This document shows, piece after piece, positions 47,886 through 59,137 of a stretch of DNA of 64,000 nucleotides. The position numbers were made by a program, and so were the translations under genes. The notes beneath the pieces are model-generated. The model saw only the letters and a program-made list of their open reading frames with translations. It made no database searches and was not told where the DNA came from. This DNA comes from Blastocladiella emersonii ATCC 22665 (taxonomy: Eukaryota; Fungi; Blastocladiomycota), in the NCBI GenBank assembly GCA_025594325.1, contig JANHCV010000010.1, positions 1,054,001 to 1,118,000 of the forward strand, written 5' to 3'. How positions within the stretch are numbered: the stretch's first letter is position 1; every line of letters starts with the position of its first letter.

Positions 47886-49374
47886 GGAGGCGGAGGTGGA
47901 GATTGGGTTGAGGGAGCGTGTCGTGCGCTATAAACGTTACTATTACTCGATTGATCTAGTGTTAGCGAGCGGGGCGCGGAGCGGCGAGGGTCGAGTGGGT
48001 CGGCCCGCCGTACGCGACGAGCACGGACAAAGGAAGCATTTGCGGACACGTTCGAGTTGCTATCTTCATCGCTCGATGCCTCAGCGACGTCGCGCAAACT
48101 CGCGAACTGATCGATGGCCGCGGCCACGAGCTTGACCATGGCCACAGCGATGCGAGCGATCGACCACGCATCTCACCAGCTCCCCGCGCTCACATGCGCG
48201 GCCTTGAACGTCTCAGGTCGCGTAAGAACGGCAAGCGGGACGTGTTCGAGCTCGCGTACATGAACGGAGAGCGTGAACGGCAGCGCAGGACGAGTTGCCG
48301 TGGTGAAGCGCGACCGTGGCCACGGTCTGCTCACTTCCAAAGACCTCTGACCGACACGCGTATGCCGCTCCCCGAGATTTTCGAGCGGTAGTGGCACCCT
48401 ATGATCTGGGCTACCTGCTCTGCAAGGTAGCCGCGGCGCGCGGATCAAAATCGCGCCAGAATCAGTCACTCGGAACTCACGTGCTCAATGCGAGACGCGT
48501 TTCGTCTCGCGTCGCGCGTGGTTGTGCCTCCCGCGTCCATTTCTTGGCAGTGTCGCACGCGCGACTGACTGGCTGGTTGCGCGAACGAGGCTGGAAACAG
48601 GTTGTATCAAGTGGCTCTCGAGATGGCATATCAGGTTGCCTGTGGTGCCCGCAGCGAACTCAGCCGCTACAAAGCTCGACCCGGGTCCCCGCTTCCCTCC
48701 TCTCTCCTTCCTCACCAACCAACCATCTATCACCATGATCATGATCGCCCAATGCCCTCACCTGCTGCAACGGACCAAGGCTTGATCGAGGAGCACCGCC
48801 GCCTCGTCGCTATGATCGCGATCCACGACCTGCGCCGGCGGAACCACGACGACTAGGCTTCGCCAAGCGCTACCTCATCGGCATCGACATCTTCAAGTAC
48901 CTCGACATGATCCGTTCGCGCTGCTGCCGCTCCTGCTCGTCGACGACCTGATCGACCACACGAAGTCGGCGCGCTGTGTCTCGTCCAAGTCGACGTGCAG
49001 CATCTCGTCCAAGTCGTCGCGCCGCACCTCGTCGGCCCCGCACGCTCGGTCTCGTCGACGGTCGGCATCGCCATGATCATCATCATCAAGGGCTGCTCTC
49101 GCGCGCCGTCATCATCCTCGAGCGCCGCGGCGATCCGACCAAGACTCGGCACGATTGCTCTCGCGCATCGAAGGTACGGATTCGACGCTGATTGCTCCTC
49201 GCTCTCCTCAACTAAACGTATCCCCGAGTGTAGACGCCGCCGCCCGCACGTCCTTCGTTCCTCGTTGGCGTGCTCGCGTGCGTGCGCATCCTACCGGCCG
49301 GCCACGCGCGGGTGGTACCATGGCCGGTCCATGGCCCCGCGCGTGCACGCCAAAGACTCGCGCGCCGCATCGTC

Positions 49375-49530
49375 GCTCGGACCGACAAGATGGAGGGTCC
49401 TCGTAGTCTGACCCCACCTGTGACAAAGAGAAGTACGGTGCCTTTCGGGTGGGTCGGCGGCGCGCTCGAGGTCTAGATGAAGAGGGTAGTAGTTTCTTTG
49501 GCTGGCTCGGACCGACAAGATGGGTCCTCG
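49375..49530. repeat. Direct repeat of about 26 bp, 130 bp apart
   Basis: GCTCGGACCGACAAGATGG(AG)GGTCCTCG at 49375-49403 and 49505-49530. Confidence 0.8.
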
Positions 49531-50407
49531 ATGCCGCGACCGGAAGCGAGGACGGCGGTTCCTTTCGGGTTAGTCCTGATGTGAAGCCTCAGTAGGAGGG
49601 CACGCGATGATGGGGCGTATAGTATCATGTCTATATATCTCGATCGGCTTCTACTCATATGTGTGTGAAGCGTTTCCGTTGCTTGATCCTCAGTCCCGAC
49701 ACGCACTCGCATTGCAGTCGCGACTCGCAAAGAAGCTGACTGAGCGAGTAACGATCAAAGCTCCGCGCGTTATTGAGCATAGCGCGCTCGGCGCTCTGTC
49801 ACAGTCCTGCTCACATAGAGGAGCTGTGTGGACGGTACCGAGATCTCCCCGTTCGTGACGCTCATCGGGTCGTCGCCGTCCGCTGCCTCAGGCGCGCCGT
49901 ATCCGCTCGCGACCGACGGGAAGGTCATGGCCGTGTTGCCCGCCTCGCTGGACCGGTTGCTTGCCGCCGAGGTTGATGGTGCACGCGCGGTGGCCATATT
50001 TCTGAGCAGGGAGCGGCCCGCTTCACGTGAACCGCGATGACCACGCGCGCGCGAGCAATCCATAACGAACCGTAGCCGAGTCGTGCAAGCGGACCCGTCA
50101 CGAGCAAGGTCAATGCGAGCCGCACATCGGGACAGCGCCCGGCGGCGCGGCATGGCGGCTGCTGCCGAACCAGGGCAGCGTGACCGTGAGCAGGCAGCAG
50201 GCTCCCTTGGCGTCAAGCCGCGTTGGGTTGCCGTCGCTGCAGCTAGAGCGAGCGGTCCGAACGAGTCGCTTACAATCGTTCATGCATGCAGAAGAGCGGG
50301 AGCGGAAGCTGTGCCGCGCGCGGCGATGGCGCCAGCGTGCTCCCAGTCCTCGCCGTCACTGGTGTGGCCGGCATCAATGATCTCAGTGTGCTTGCCGCGC
50401 GCCGCGA

Positions 50408-50477
50408 ACGCGGGCGCCGAGCGACGCGGGCGCCGAGCGACGCGGGCGCCGAGCGACGCGGGCGCCGAGCGACGCGG
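50408..50477. repeat. Perfect 16-bp minisatellite, about 4.4 copies
   Basis: ACGCGGGCGCCGAGCG x4 plus ACGCGG, with no spacers. Confidence 0.95.
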
Positions 50478-51106
50478 CTGGCGTTCGCCAGGCAAAACGA
50501 TGATGCGCCCGTGCACCGCGAGCTTCCCACGAAGCTCGGCGGCGAGCGAGGTGACCTGCTCGTCGCGCGCGTGACCGACAGAAACAGGCCAAACGGCACT
50601 TGCGATGTCGAGCAGCACGCGGGAGAGGATTCGTGTCGCTCAGTTGCTCGAAGGCCGTCTCAAGCGCGCGCGCAAGAAGCAGGCGAAAGATGCTTCCGCA
50701 TCGCGTTGGGCTCCTCCAAATCGCGCACTCAGCGAGAGGCCGAGCCAAGTGAGTGCGTAGAGGCATCGCTGTTGCGGGTCGGCGACTCGCGCGCCCCCGT
50801 CGATGACTGCAGCTCGAGTAGGCGCGCGACAGGTTCGAGCTGGCCCGGGGCCCGCGATACGATAGCGAACACGAGGCGTGGAGAAAAGTCGTGCGTATCG
50901 TTGAAGAGACGCGGCAACAAGGTATCACTCGCGCGACGGAATCTGACAAGCTGACTGACGCGACTCGGGACGGTGAGAAGTCCAAGGACGACGCGGTCGC
51001 GCCGACACCGTCAGGCGTAAACGTCCCACCCACTACGGCAGGCCTCTCAACCGAGACGGAACAAGCATCGGCGGACAGAATGGGTTCCACGAGATCTATC
51101 CGAATT

Positions 51107-51286
51107 TTACACCTTCTTGTCGACAATATCCTCGATGCGCGGTCCACGGGGCCGCTGCTGAGCGCCAAAGAAGGTGCGCTCGATAAGGATCTTGGACGAG
51201 ACGATGAAGATCGGGATCGACACGATGACGGTGAGCCAGCGGAACTGGCGGTCCGAGAGCTTGGGGCGCGGCTGCTGGCCGAACAT
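51107..51286 (-). CDS. 59-aa single-pass membrane microprotein (not in the ORF track)
   Basis: MFGQQPRPKLSDRQFRWLTVIVSIPIFIVSSKILIERTFFGAQQRPRGPRIEDIVDKKV*. Strong GC3 bias and one hydrophobic helix. Probable 5'-UTR intron 51299..51361 (GTATGC..CTAG, CTGAT branch). Confidence 0.72.
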   Translation of the reverse strand: MFGQQPRPKLSDRQFRWLTVIVSIPIFIVSSKILIERTFFGAQQRPRGPRIEDIVDKKV

Positions 51287-52016
51287 AATGGATGGTGGCT
51301 AGAGCATTGCCGGTTGCATCAGCGGGTTGCATGTAGTCATTTCATGGTTGGGGCAGCATACATGGCGCGCGGGGGCGGGTTTTGAGGGAACGCCGATGCA
51401 AAGAGGCGCGGCGCGCGAAAAGGCGGGGCGGCGGGCGCGGCGATCTGAGTTCACGTGATGCTCGAGTTGATGCGGTTTCCGGTCGCTCTGCCTCGCCGGC
51501 GGCTGGGCATCGCGAGGTGACCACGACGGCGGCGGCGGCGGCCGCAGAGATCCCTCGGTCACCCTCGCCCTTTGCTCGCGTACGCTTGCCGCACTGGCGA
51601 GCGGGAGCGCCTCGCCACGCACATGCCCATGAATCTCTCGCTATGGAACACACGGACTCGCACGCGGACAGCTCGCTCGGTGGCGGACCGCGCTCACGGC
51701 ATCGGGATCGGGCGCTTCGACGTTGTTGCAGCTTGCGATATCGATTCACACGGCTGCAGCAAGTTCCCGACGGCCCGCGTGCTCGTTCGCGGCAGCGCGA
51801 CACCGTGGGGTCGTCGTGAAGCATGCCGACGGACCGATGCCGTGCGAACCGCTCGCCGAGCGAGCGCTATCGCGACCGCGGGACCGCGATGGACCTCTGG
51901 GCAGGATGACGAGGCCCTCCCGCTCGCGCGCACCCGACCGAGCGCGCCCCGCTGATGTGCCCGCCGCCGTCCGTGTAGGCTCGGTTGCAGACTCCCGCCC
52001 GCCGACCCACATCACC

Positions 52017-52526
52017 ATGAGCAACCCGGACAACACCCCGATCTTCTCGCGCGGCACGTACAACGTGGCGACCGAGACGCCGTTCACCGAGGTGGGCGCG
52101 ACGTCGGCGCCGCTCACGTCGGCGGCCTTCTTCCTGGGCGCCTTCTGCAAGGAGTACAACGAGGACTTCATGCTGTGCAAGCAGGAGAACGCGGACCCGC
52201 GCCACTGCCTGGCCGAGGGCCGCAAGGTGACCCGGTGCACGCTCGACCTGCTCGCCAAGCTCAAGGCCAACTGCGGCGCCGAGTACAAGGCGCACTGGAC
52301 CTGCCTCGACAACGGCAACCACGAGTTCAACAAGTGCCGCCCCGAGGAGCGCGCCCTCAACGACTGCGTGTTCAACAAGCTGGTGCGTTTTTTCTTGGGA
52401 CTGCGCGTCGTCGGGTCGCTTGCGCTAACCACTCTCGACTGCGTGTAGGGTCTGTCCAAGCACATCCCCGACACGCCCAAGACCGAGGACCCGATCCACC
52501 TCAAGAAGAAGCCCATCCACCACTAA
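52017..52526 (+). CDS. NDUFA8: NADH:ubiquinone oxidoreductase subunit NDUFA8 (twin CX9C pairs)
   Basis: SAPLTSAAFFLGAFCKEYNEDFMLCK..DPRHCLAEGRKVTRC..HWTCLDNGN..CR. Intron 52383..52448. Confidence 0.93.
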
Positions 52527-52907
52527 GCGAGTGCTGGTCGTCGCTCCCATCGTCGCCGTCGCAACGCGTACCCGTGCTGCTGCCTCTCCTATTTCCAACT
52601 TCATTCTCGTCCCCCAACAACAATACGATACGTTTTCTTCCTGACTGGCTTGCTACAGCGAGAGTGAGAGTTCGAGCGAGCGGGTCCCGGAACGGGAGAC
52701 GGGCCAGCGTGACGAAAGCGACGCGTCTCCCGCTTCGCCACACGGACGCGCCATGGCGTGCTGCCCTCCGCCGCCACCGACCCAAGTCTCCCCTCCCCTG
52801 CTCCCGCATTCCTGGCTCACCGACCAACCATCAGTTCCCATGTAAACCATTTGTTCCGCGGCTGGACCACGGAACACCCCCTCTACCACCGCCCTTCCGC
52901 GATCGCC

Positions 52908-55172
52908 ATGGCGACGCTCTCCAAGTCGACCGGCGGCGGCAGCGTAAGCGGCAGCGCCGGCCTGACGAGCAGCCAGGCGCTGTTCAAGTCGTTCGAGGCG
53001 CTCGCCGACGACGACTACGTGGCCGCGGCGCGGTTCCTCGCCAGCATCACGGCGGCCGACCCGGGCCGCGTCGCGACCGCGGATCTCGGGCCCGCGCCTG
53101 CGCCGGCTGTCGTGAACCTCGTCTACTCGGTCGTCAAGTGTACGACGACACCTTGGGCGCGTGTGGTAGCATGAGCTGACCCGTCGCGCGCGGGCGTAGA
53201 TATGCCGCACCTCGACAAGATGATCCTAGCGTCGGACCTGCTCGTCGCGCACACGGACCTGGTCGCGCACCTGCCGCTCGTCAAGGTGCTCCTGTTCCAG
53301 TTCATGGCGTGCCACTTTGAGCCCGACGCGATCCTCATCCCGCCCTCCTCCTCTCGCTCAACCCCGAGATCCAAGTCGGGCGACCGGATCCGGTGGATCC
53401 TCGCGGCGCTCGCCGAGCGCAAGACGCGCCTGCACGCGGCGTACGCGCGCGTGCGCATCGAGCTGCGCGCGCACGGCGCGACCGACGCCGAGCGGCTGTC
53501 GACGCTCGTCGACTGGACCGCGGACCAAGAGGTCGAGGCGGTCCCCGTCACGTTCCGCGTGCGCGTGGCACGGCGGGTCTTCGACGCGGCCGCCGCCGAG
53601 TGTCTCGGGTGGGCACCCGACACCGTTGCGTGGGACGAGATGCAGAGCGATATGGTGCACGTCCCCGCGCCGCTCGTACCCGAGCTCCTCGAGTCGCCAC
53701 TCGTTGCTACGCGCGCTGCGGTGCTCCAGGACGCGGTCAGTTTGTTGCCGGTGCAGCTCGTCCATGATAGTCTCCTCCCGCGCGTCCAGCCGCGGCGCAG
53801 GGAGGATGGGTCGGTGGTGCCGCCCGTCGTCCTTGACACGCGTGCGCGTAGCGGTACGTCTCTCTCGTGTGGGATCCGGTCCCACTCACTCGCTCACCCT
53901 CGCGACGCGACGACGTGTAGAAACGCGCCTGCTCCTATACCACGACTACGGCCACGCGGCCGCGCAGTTTCTCCTCGCGGCGCCCGCGTCCGAGTCCGTG
54001 GTGCGCGCCGCGGCCGAGTGCGGGCCGACGATCCGCGTGCTCGACGTTCCCTTCATGCACGTCGACCCGCTCGCGGCATCGGCGACCGAGACCGACGGCG
54101 ACGACGACGAGAGAGTGGTGCGGCCCGACATCATCGTCGTCGAGCCCGACAACTCGCTGGCGGCGGTGCGCGACGCCAAGCACTACATGCTGCAGGAGCG
54201 GCAGGCGGTGCCCGCCGCGGACGCGGTCGACGTCGAGGCGCTCGTCAAGGGCCAGGTCGCGGCGGTCCAGCACGCCATGAAGTGTACGCTCCCCTCACTC
54301 TCACCGACCCTCGCCGTGCCTAACTTTCAGGTTCGTAGTCCCGTCGGCCAAGTACATCGTGTACCTGACGCGGTCGGACCGGCGCGACGAGAACGAGCTG
54401 GTCCTCGCAGCGTGCTTCGAGTCCAAGCTCGCGACGCGCGACTGGCGGCTCGTGTCGCTAGCCGAGCTCGACGGCGAGGTCGACGAGGACCCGACGGCGG
54501 CCGCGGCCATGGACCGCCACGACAGCGGGATGCTGTTCGGCGACGAAACCGCGGGCGCGGCAGCGCGCGGCGACGTGTTCCTGCGCGTCCCGCCCAATCC
54601 GCCGCACCTCGCCAACGGCGTGTGCATGGTCGTCCTCGCGCGCCGCGTGCGCGAACCCGTTCCCGCGGTCCACTTTGCCGACTCCGAGCCCGAGTCGGAC
54701 GGCGAGGACGAGCCCGCCGAGCCCGTCGACGCGTCGGGGTCCGGGTCCGGGTCCGGGTCCAACCTCGACCTGACGGGCGGCAGCGACCCGGGCGCGGCGG
54801 CCGCGGGTGTCGCGGCGGGCATGCGCACCAAGAAGCGTAAGCGCGCGGCCGAGGCGAAGCGCAAGCGGCGGTCGCACCGGTTCTCGCTCAAGGCGTGGCG
54901 CGCGGCCGTGCTGGGTGTCGGGGTCAGCGACTTGACGGTGTTCGGCGAGCCGCTCGCGGTGCCCGCGACGTCGGGGGCGAGGCAACGCGGCGCGACACCG
55001 GCTCCCATGGCGACGACGACGACGGCGGCGGCGGGACCGGTTCCCGGCGGCGCGTCGCCACGCAAGCGCGGGGTCATCTTTCCGATCCCGGTACGTTCAC
55101 GCTCACGCTCACGATGGCGCGAGGGCACGAAGCTGACTTTCTCGGTCGATCGCGTAGGCGCCGTGGAAGTAG
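52908..55172 (+). CDS. NSUN7-like (NOL1/NOP2/Sun family) protein with degenerate catalytic motifs, 5 exons
   Basis: LVYSVVKYMPHLDKMI, RKTRLHAAYARVRI, VLQD, HAMKFPSAKYIVYLTRS..DENELV. Introns 53140..53199, 53854..53920, 54284..54338 and 55091..55157. Confidence 0.68.
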
Positions 55173-55589
55173 CGACGGCGACGCGGACGCGACGCGCCAC
55201 ACGACGAAGACGGCGCGCATGCATTTTAACCATCCATGAATTTTATTCCCCGGTCCGGGTTTCGTGTGTGCGCTGTCCATCGCGCTGGGCGCCGTGCAAG
55301 GCGGCGATGGCCAGCGGGCAAGGCGGCGAAGTGAGCCATCGCCAAGTCAGAGGTGAGGTGAAGAGGGGAGGCGCGTAGCGACGGGGTCACGCGAGCGGGC
55401 GGCGGTGATTGGCGCGGCGATTTGGGCCCAAACACACGTTCGTCGGCGCATTCATCGCGGGGCAACGTGAGCAGCACACGCCGGACGCCAGCAGGCGGGG
55501 CTGGCCGGCCGTCAAAAACCGTGCCGTGCTCGGCACTCCCTTCTGCCTCTCCGGACCCACCTAGTGTAACCCCCGCGCAGTAATTCACC

Positions 55590-57241
55590 ATGTCTGAGGG
55601 CAAGCCCCATCTTTCGATCGTCATCTGCGGCCACGTCGATTCCGGCAAGTCGACCACCACCGGTCGCCTGCTCTTCGAGCTCGGCGGTACGCATCACCTC
55701 GCCGCTCGCTCCCCGCCGCCGTCGCTGCCCGCGCGCATCTCGACTCGACTCGACTCGACCCGCGCGGCGCACCGATCGGCCTTGACGGTCCCGATCCGCC
55801 GCCCGGCACCTCGTCCGAGTGCATGCATGCATGCATTCATCGAGGCCTTCGGGCGGCAGATCGGCGTCCCTCGCCCCACTCGCCCGCACACCCGTACGGT
55901 GGACTCGCACTCACTATCCATCTCCCTCCCCGCCGTCCTCCAGGTATCCCCGAGCGTGAGATGGAGAAGCTCCGCGCTGAGGCCGATGCTCTCGGCAAGT
56001 CGTCGTTCGCCTTCGCCTTCTACATGGATCGCCAGAAGGAGGAGCGCGCTCGCGGTGTCACCATCGCCTGCACCACCAAGGAGTTCTTCACCGAGAAGTG
56101 GCACTACACCATCATCGACGCCCCCGGCCACCGCGACTTCATCAAGAACATGATCTCGGGTGCCGCCCAGGCCGATGTCGCCCTCCTCATGGTCCCCGCC
56201 GACGGTAACTTCACCACGGCTATCCAGAAGGGTGACCACAAGGCCGGTGAGATCCAGGGCCAGACCCGCCAGCACGCTCGCCTGCTCAACCTCCTCGGTG
56301 TCAAGCAGCTCGTCGTCGGTGTCAACAAGATGGACTCGGACCCCGCTGGTCCCTACAAGAAGGAGCGCTACGACGAGATCTCGGCCGAGATGAAGGACAT
56401 GCTCATCAAGACCGGCTGGAAGAAGGACTTCGTCGAGGAGTCGGTCCCCGTCATCCCTATCTCGGGCTGGATGGGCGACAACCTGCTCAAGCAGTCGACC
56501 AACATGACCTGGTGGGCTGGCCAGGAGGTCAAGCACCCCAACGGCAAGAAGGTCAAGATCGTGACCCTCCTCAACGCCCTCAACGACTTCGCTGAGCTCC
56601 CCGCTCGCAAGTCGGGCTCGCCCCTCCGTGTCCCCATCTCGGGCATCTACAAGATCAAGGGTGTCGGAGATGTCCTCGCCGGCCGCGTCGAGCAGGGTAT
56701 CGTCACCCCCAACAAGGATGTCGTCTTCCTGCCCACCCACACCACCGCCACCCCCTGCGCTGGTAAGGTGTTCACGGTCGAGATGCACCACAAGAAGGTC
56801 GAGAAGGGCGAGACTGGCGACAACGTCGGCATGAACATCAAGGGTCTCGACAAGAACAACATGCCCCGCGTCGGTGACGTCATGATCTACAAGGAGGACG
56901 CCACCCTCAAGGCCGTCAAGTCGTTCACCGCCCAGATCCAGACGCTCGACATCCCCTCGGAGGTCAAGCCCGGCTACTCGCCCATCGGCTTCGTCCGCTG
57001 CGGTCGCTCGGCCTGCAAGATCACCAAGATCAACTGGAAGATCGGCAAGGAGACCGGTCGCAAGAAGATGGAGTCCCCCCACTCGCTCAAGGCCAACGAG
57101 GCCGCTGAGGTCGTCTTCGAGCCCATCCAGCCCCTCGTCGTCGACACCTTCGGCAACTGCGAGGGTCTGTCGCGCATTGCCTTCCTCGACGGCAACACCG
57201 CCGTCATGCTGGGCAAGGTCGTCGCTGTTGAGCACAAGTAA
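55590..57241 (+). CDS. EFL: Elongation factor-like GTPase (EFL), not canonical EF-1alpha
   Basis: [77 protein letters not shown]. Intron 55687..55943. Confidence 0.95.
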
Positions 57242-58707
57242 ACCACTCGTCCTCCCGCTGGGCGTGGTTCACTAGTATCCTCGGTAGCGGCGGTCGCGCA
57301 CCTAAAGCGCTCGCCTCCTTCATCTTCCCTATTGCTTTCTTGTCCTCCCTCTGTAACAAGTGGAATCAATGAAGTGAAAATTGTTGGAAAACCGATCCTT
57401 GTCTTTTCTCGCTCTGAGCGTCTCTGAGATTCTTTCTGCTTGCCCACTGTACCCGAGCCGCGTCCTTAACATTGTCGCTGGTTCACACCGCTTGGAAAGA
57501 GCTCTCGGTTTCCGCGCTGCTTGTACAACAACCTTAAAGTGACACGGCTCGGGCGACTCGTTGCGCCACGGGCGAGTGAACCGTCCGGCGATGGTCAAGC
57601 CTGCAGCTCTTGCCCTTCGCTGCTCGCTCCCTCACACAAACCGCGCCGAGAAGATGTTCGCGCATGTCCATGCGCTGCGTGCATGGCTCTCGAGAGGGAA
57701 CTCCGGAGGGGAGCGCGACTTATGGCACCGTTGACGCTCGAACGACCACCGTGGCCCAGCCGCGGTCGTCGCGGCCGTCGCGGCCATTCGCGCGCAATCG
57801 CGGCTTCTGCCTCGAATGAACGGCTCTGCCCGCTTACGAGGATGTGAGTGATCGCGTGGGGAGCGTATTCATGCTCATTGCGGCGCTCTCACCATGCGCA
57901 AGGGTCGCAAAAGTGCCTGCCGAGTGATGGTCGGTGTGACGCGCCGCTGCTTGGTCGCGACTGGCTCACGGCTCGCGGCCGAGGTCAGCTCTCGCCGCTG
58001 GTCGGCACTCAACTCTTTGCCAAGCATGATGAAGGAGTGTACAATTGAGTCAGTCTGTATGTTTAAAGCGAGGTGGTGGGAAAGCCAGCAATGATGAGCG
58101 GTTCCAACGCTAGCGAAACTTCGCTGGAAGTGGTGCTCATCTCACACCCACATCGCGCCGTGCGGGTTGATATTTCGAACGTGTCGGTGGGGCGGGTGAG
58201 CAAATGCGCGCCAGGGTTGTCAGTGCGATGCATTAGTGGTGCCGGGCGGCGAGCGAGATAGCGACGACAGCGCTGAACGTTTAGGTTGCGCGTCGTGCTT
58301 GAAACTAATGCTAGACCTTGAGGAGGATGTCCAACTTGTGAGCTCTCGATTGCCGCAGCCTCCCTTGCTCCTTGATACGACCCCGCCGGCAGTTGGGTGG
58401 TCAGGAAGACACGCGATGGTCATGTGCACGTGAAAGGCTGATCGCGCTGAAGCCACTGCGGCACCGCGATACCTCTCGCGCCCGTCATGCCAACGGCAGA
58501 AGCAAGTGCGCAACAAGCTCAAACGTAGGGTAAGACACAGCTCAGCACAAAGCCTGTGGAACATCAGGCCGGACACGCGACACGCCACATGTCCCGTCCA
58601 GTCTCCCAGCGCGCTTGCACATATGAGGTCCAGTCGTTTCCAACCGCAGACTTGGGCCGTCGCACATCTGGGAACCTCACTGAGCGGCGAGGGGGTTACC
58701 TACACTT

Positions 58708-58890
58708 CTAGGACACACTGAACTTCCAAGCGCACTTGATGTGAATGCGGGTGCCCTTATCATGGCTCGCTATATCTCGCGGGGGCTCAGGGAGCTCAAG
58801 CTATCCGAGTGCGAGATCGGCGAGACGGGCAACGATGCCCTGCAGCTCGCCGTGCGGCGGCAGAAGACTCCGTTGTACTTCGATCCGTGA
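58708..58890 (+). pseudogene. RNI-like leucine-rich-repeat fragment, likely the 3' end of a decayed gene extending upstream
   Basis: AGALIMARYISRGLRELKLSECEIGETGNDALQLAV*-type LxxLxLxxCxIGxxG pattern. Upstream sequence is broken by stops. Confidence 0.45.
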
Positions 58891-59137
58891 CTCTTGTCGC
58901 CCGTGATGGCTGTCAGGTCCGCGCTGGTACACAGTAAATAATTAACATGTGGTCAAGCCGTGGGAGATTAGTGTTATCCGAAGGTGATCGCGCAATACAA
59001 GTTAACTTAACTTTGGGCCGCGACCGGCCATCATGGCCATGGCCATGGTGACAGCGACACGTCCCCCGCGCAGTCGCCGCCCTTCCGCCTTCGCTCTTGT
59101 TCTCGCAACGACCAGATCCGTCTACATGTAATATATC

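Noticed and set aside
50408-50477. CRISPR-like array
   Set aside because: Units are contiguous with no spacers, there are no cas genes and the context is eukaryotic, so it is a minisatellite.
50891-51385. 164-aa plus-strand ORF
   Set aside because: Its central part is the antisense of the 59-aa microprotein, which has better codon bias and splice signals.
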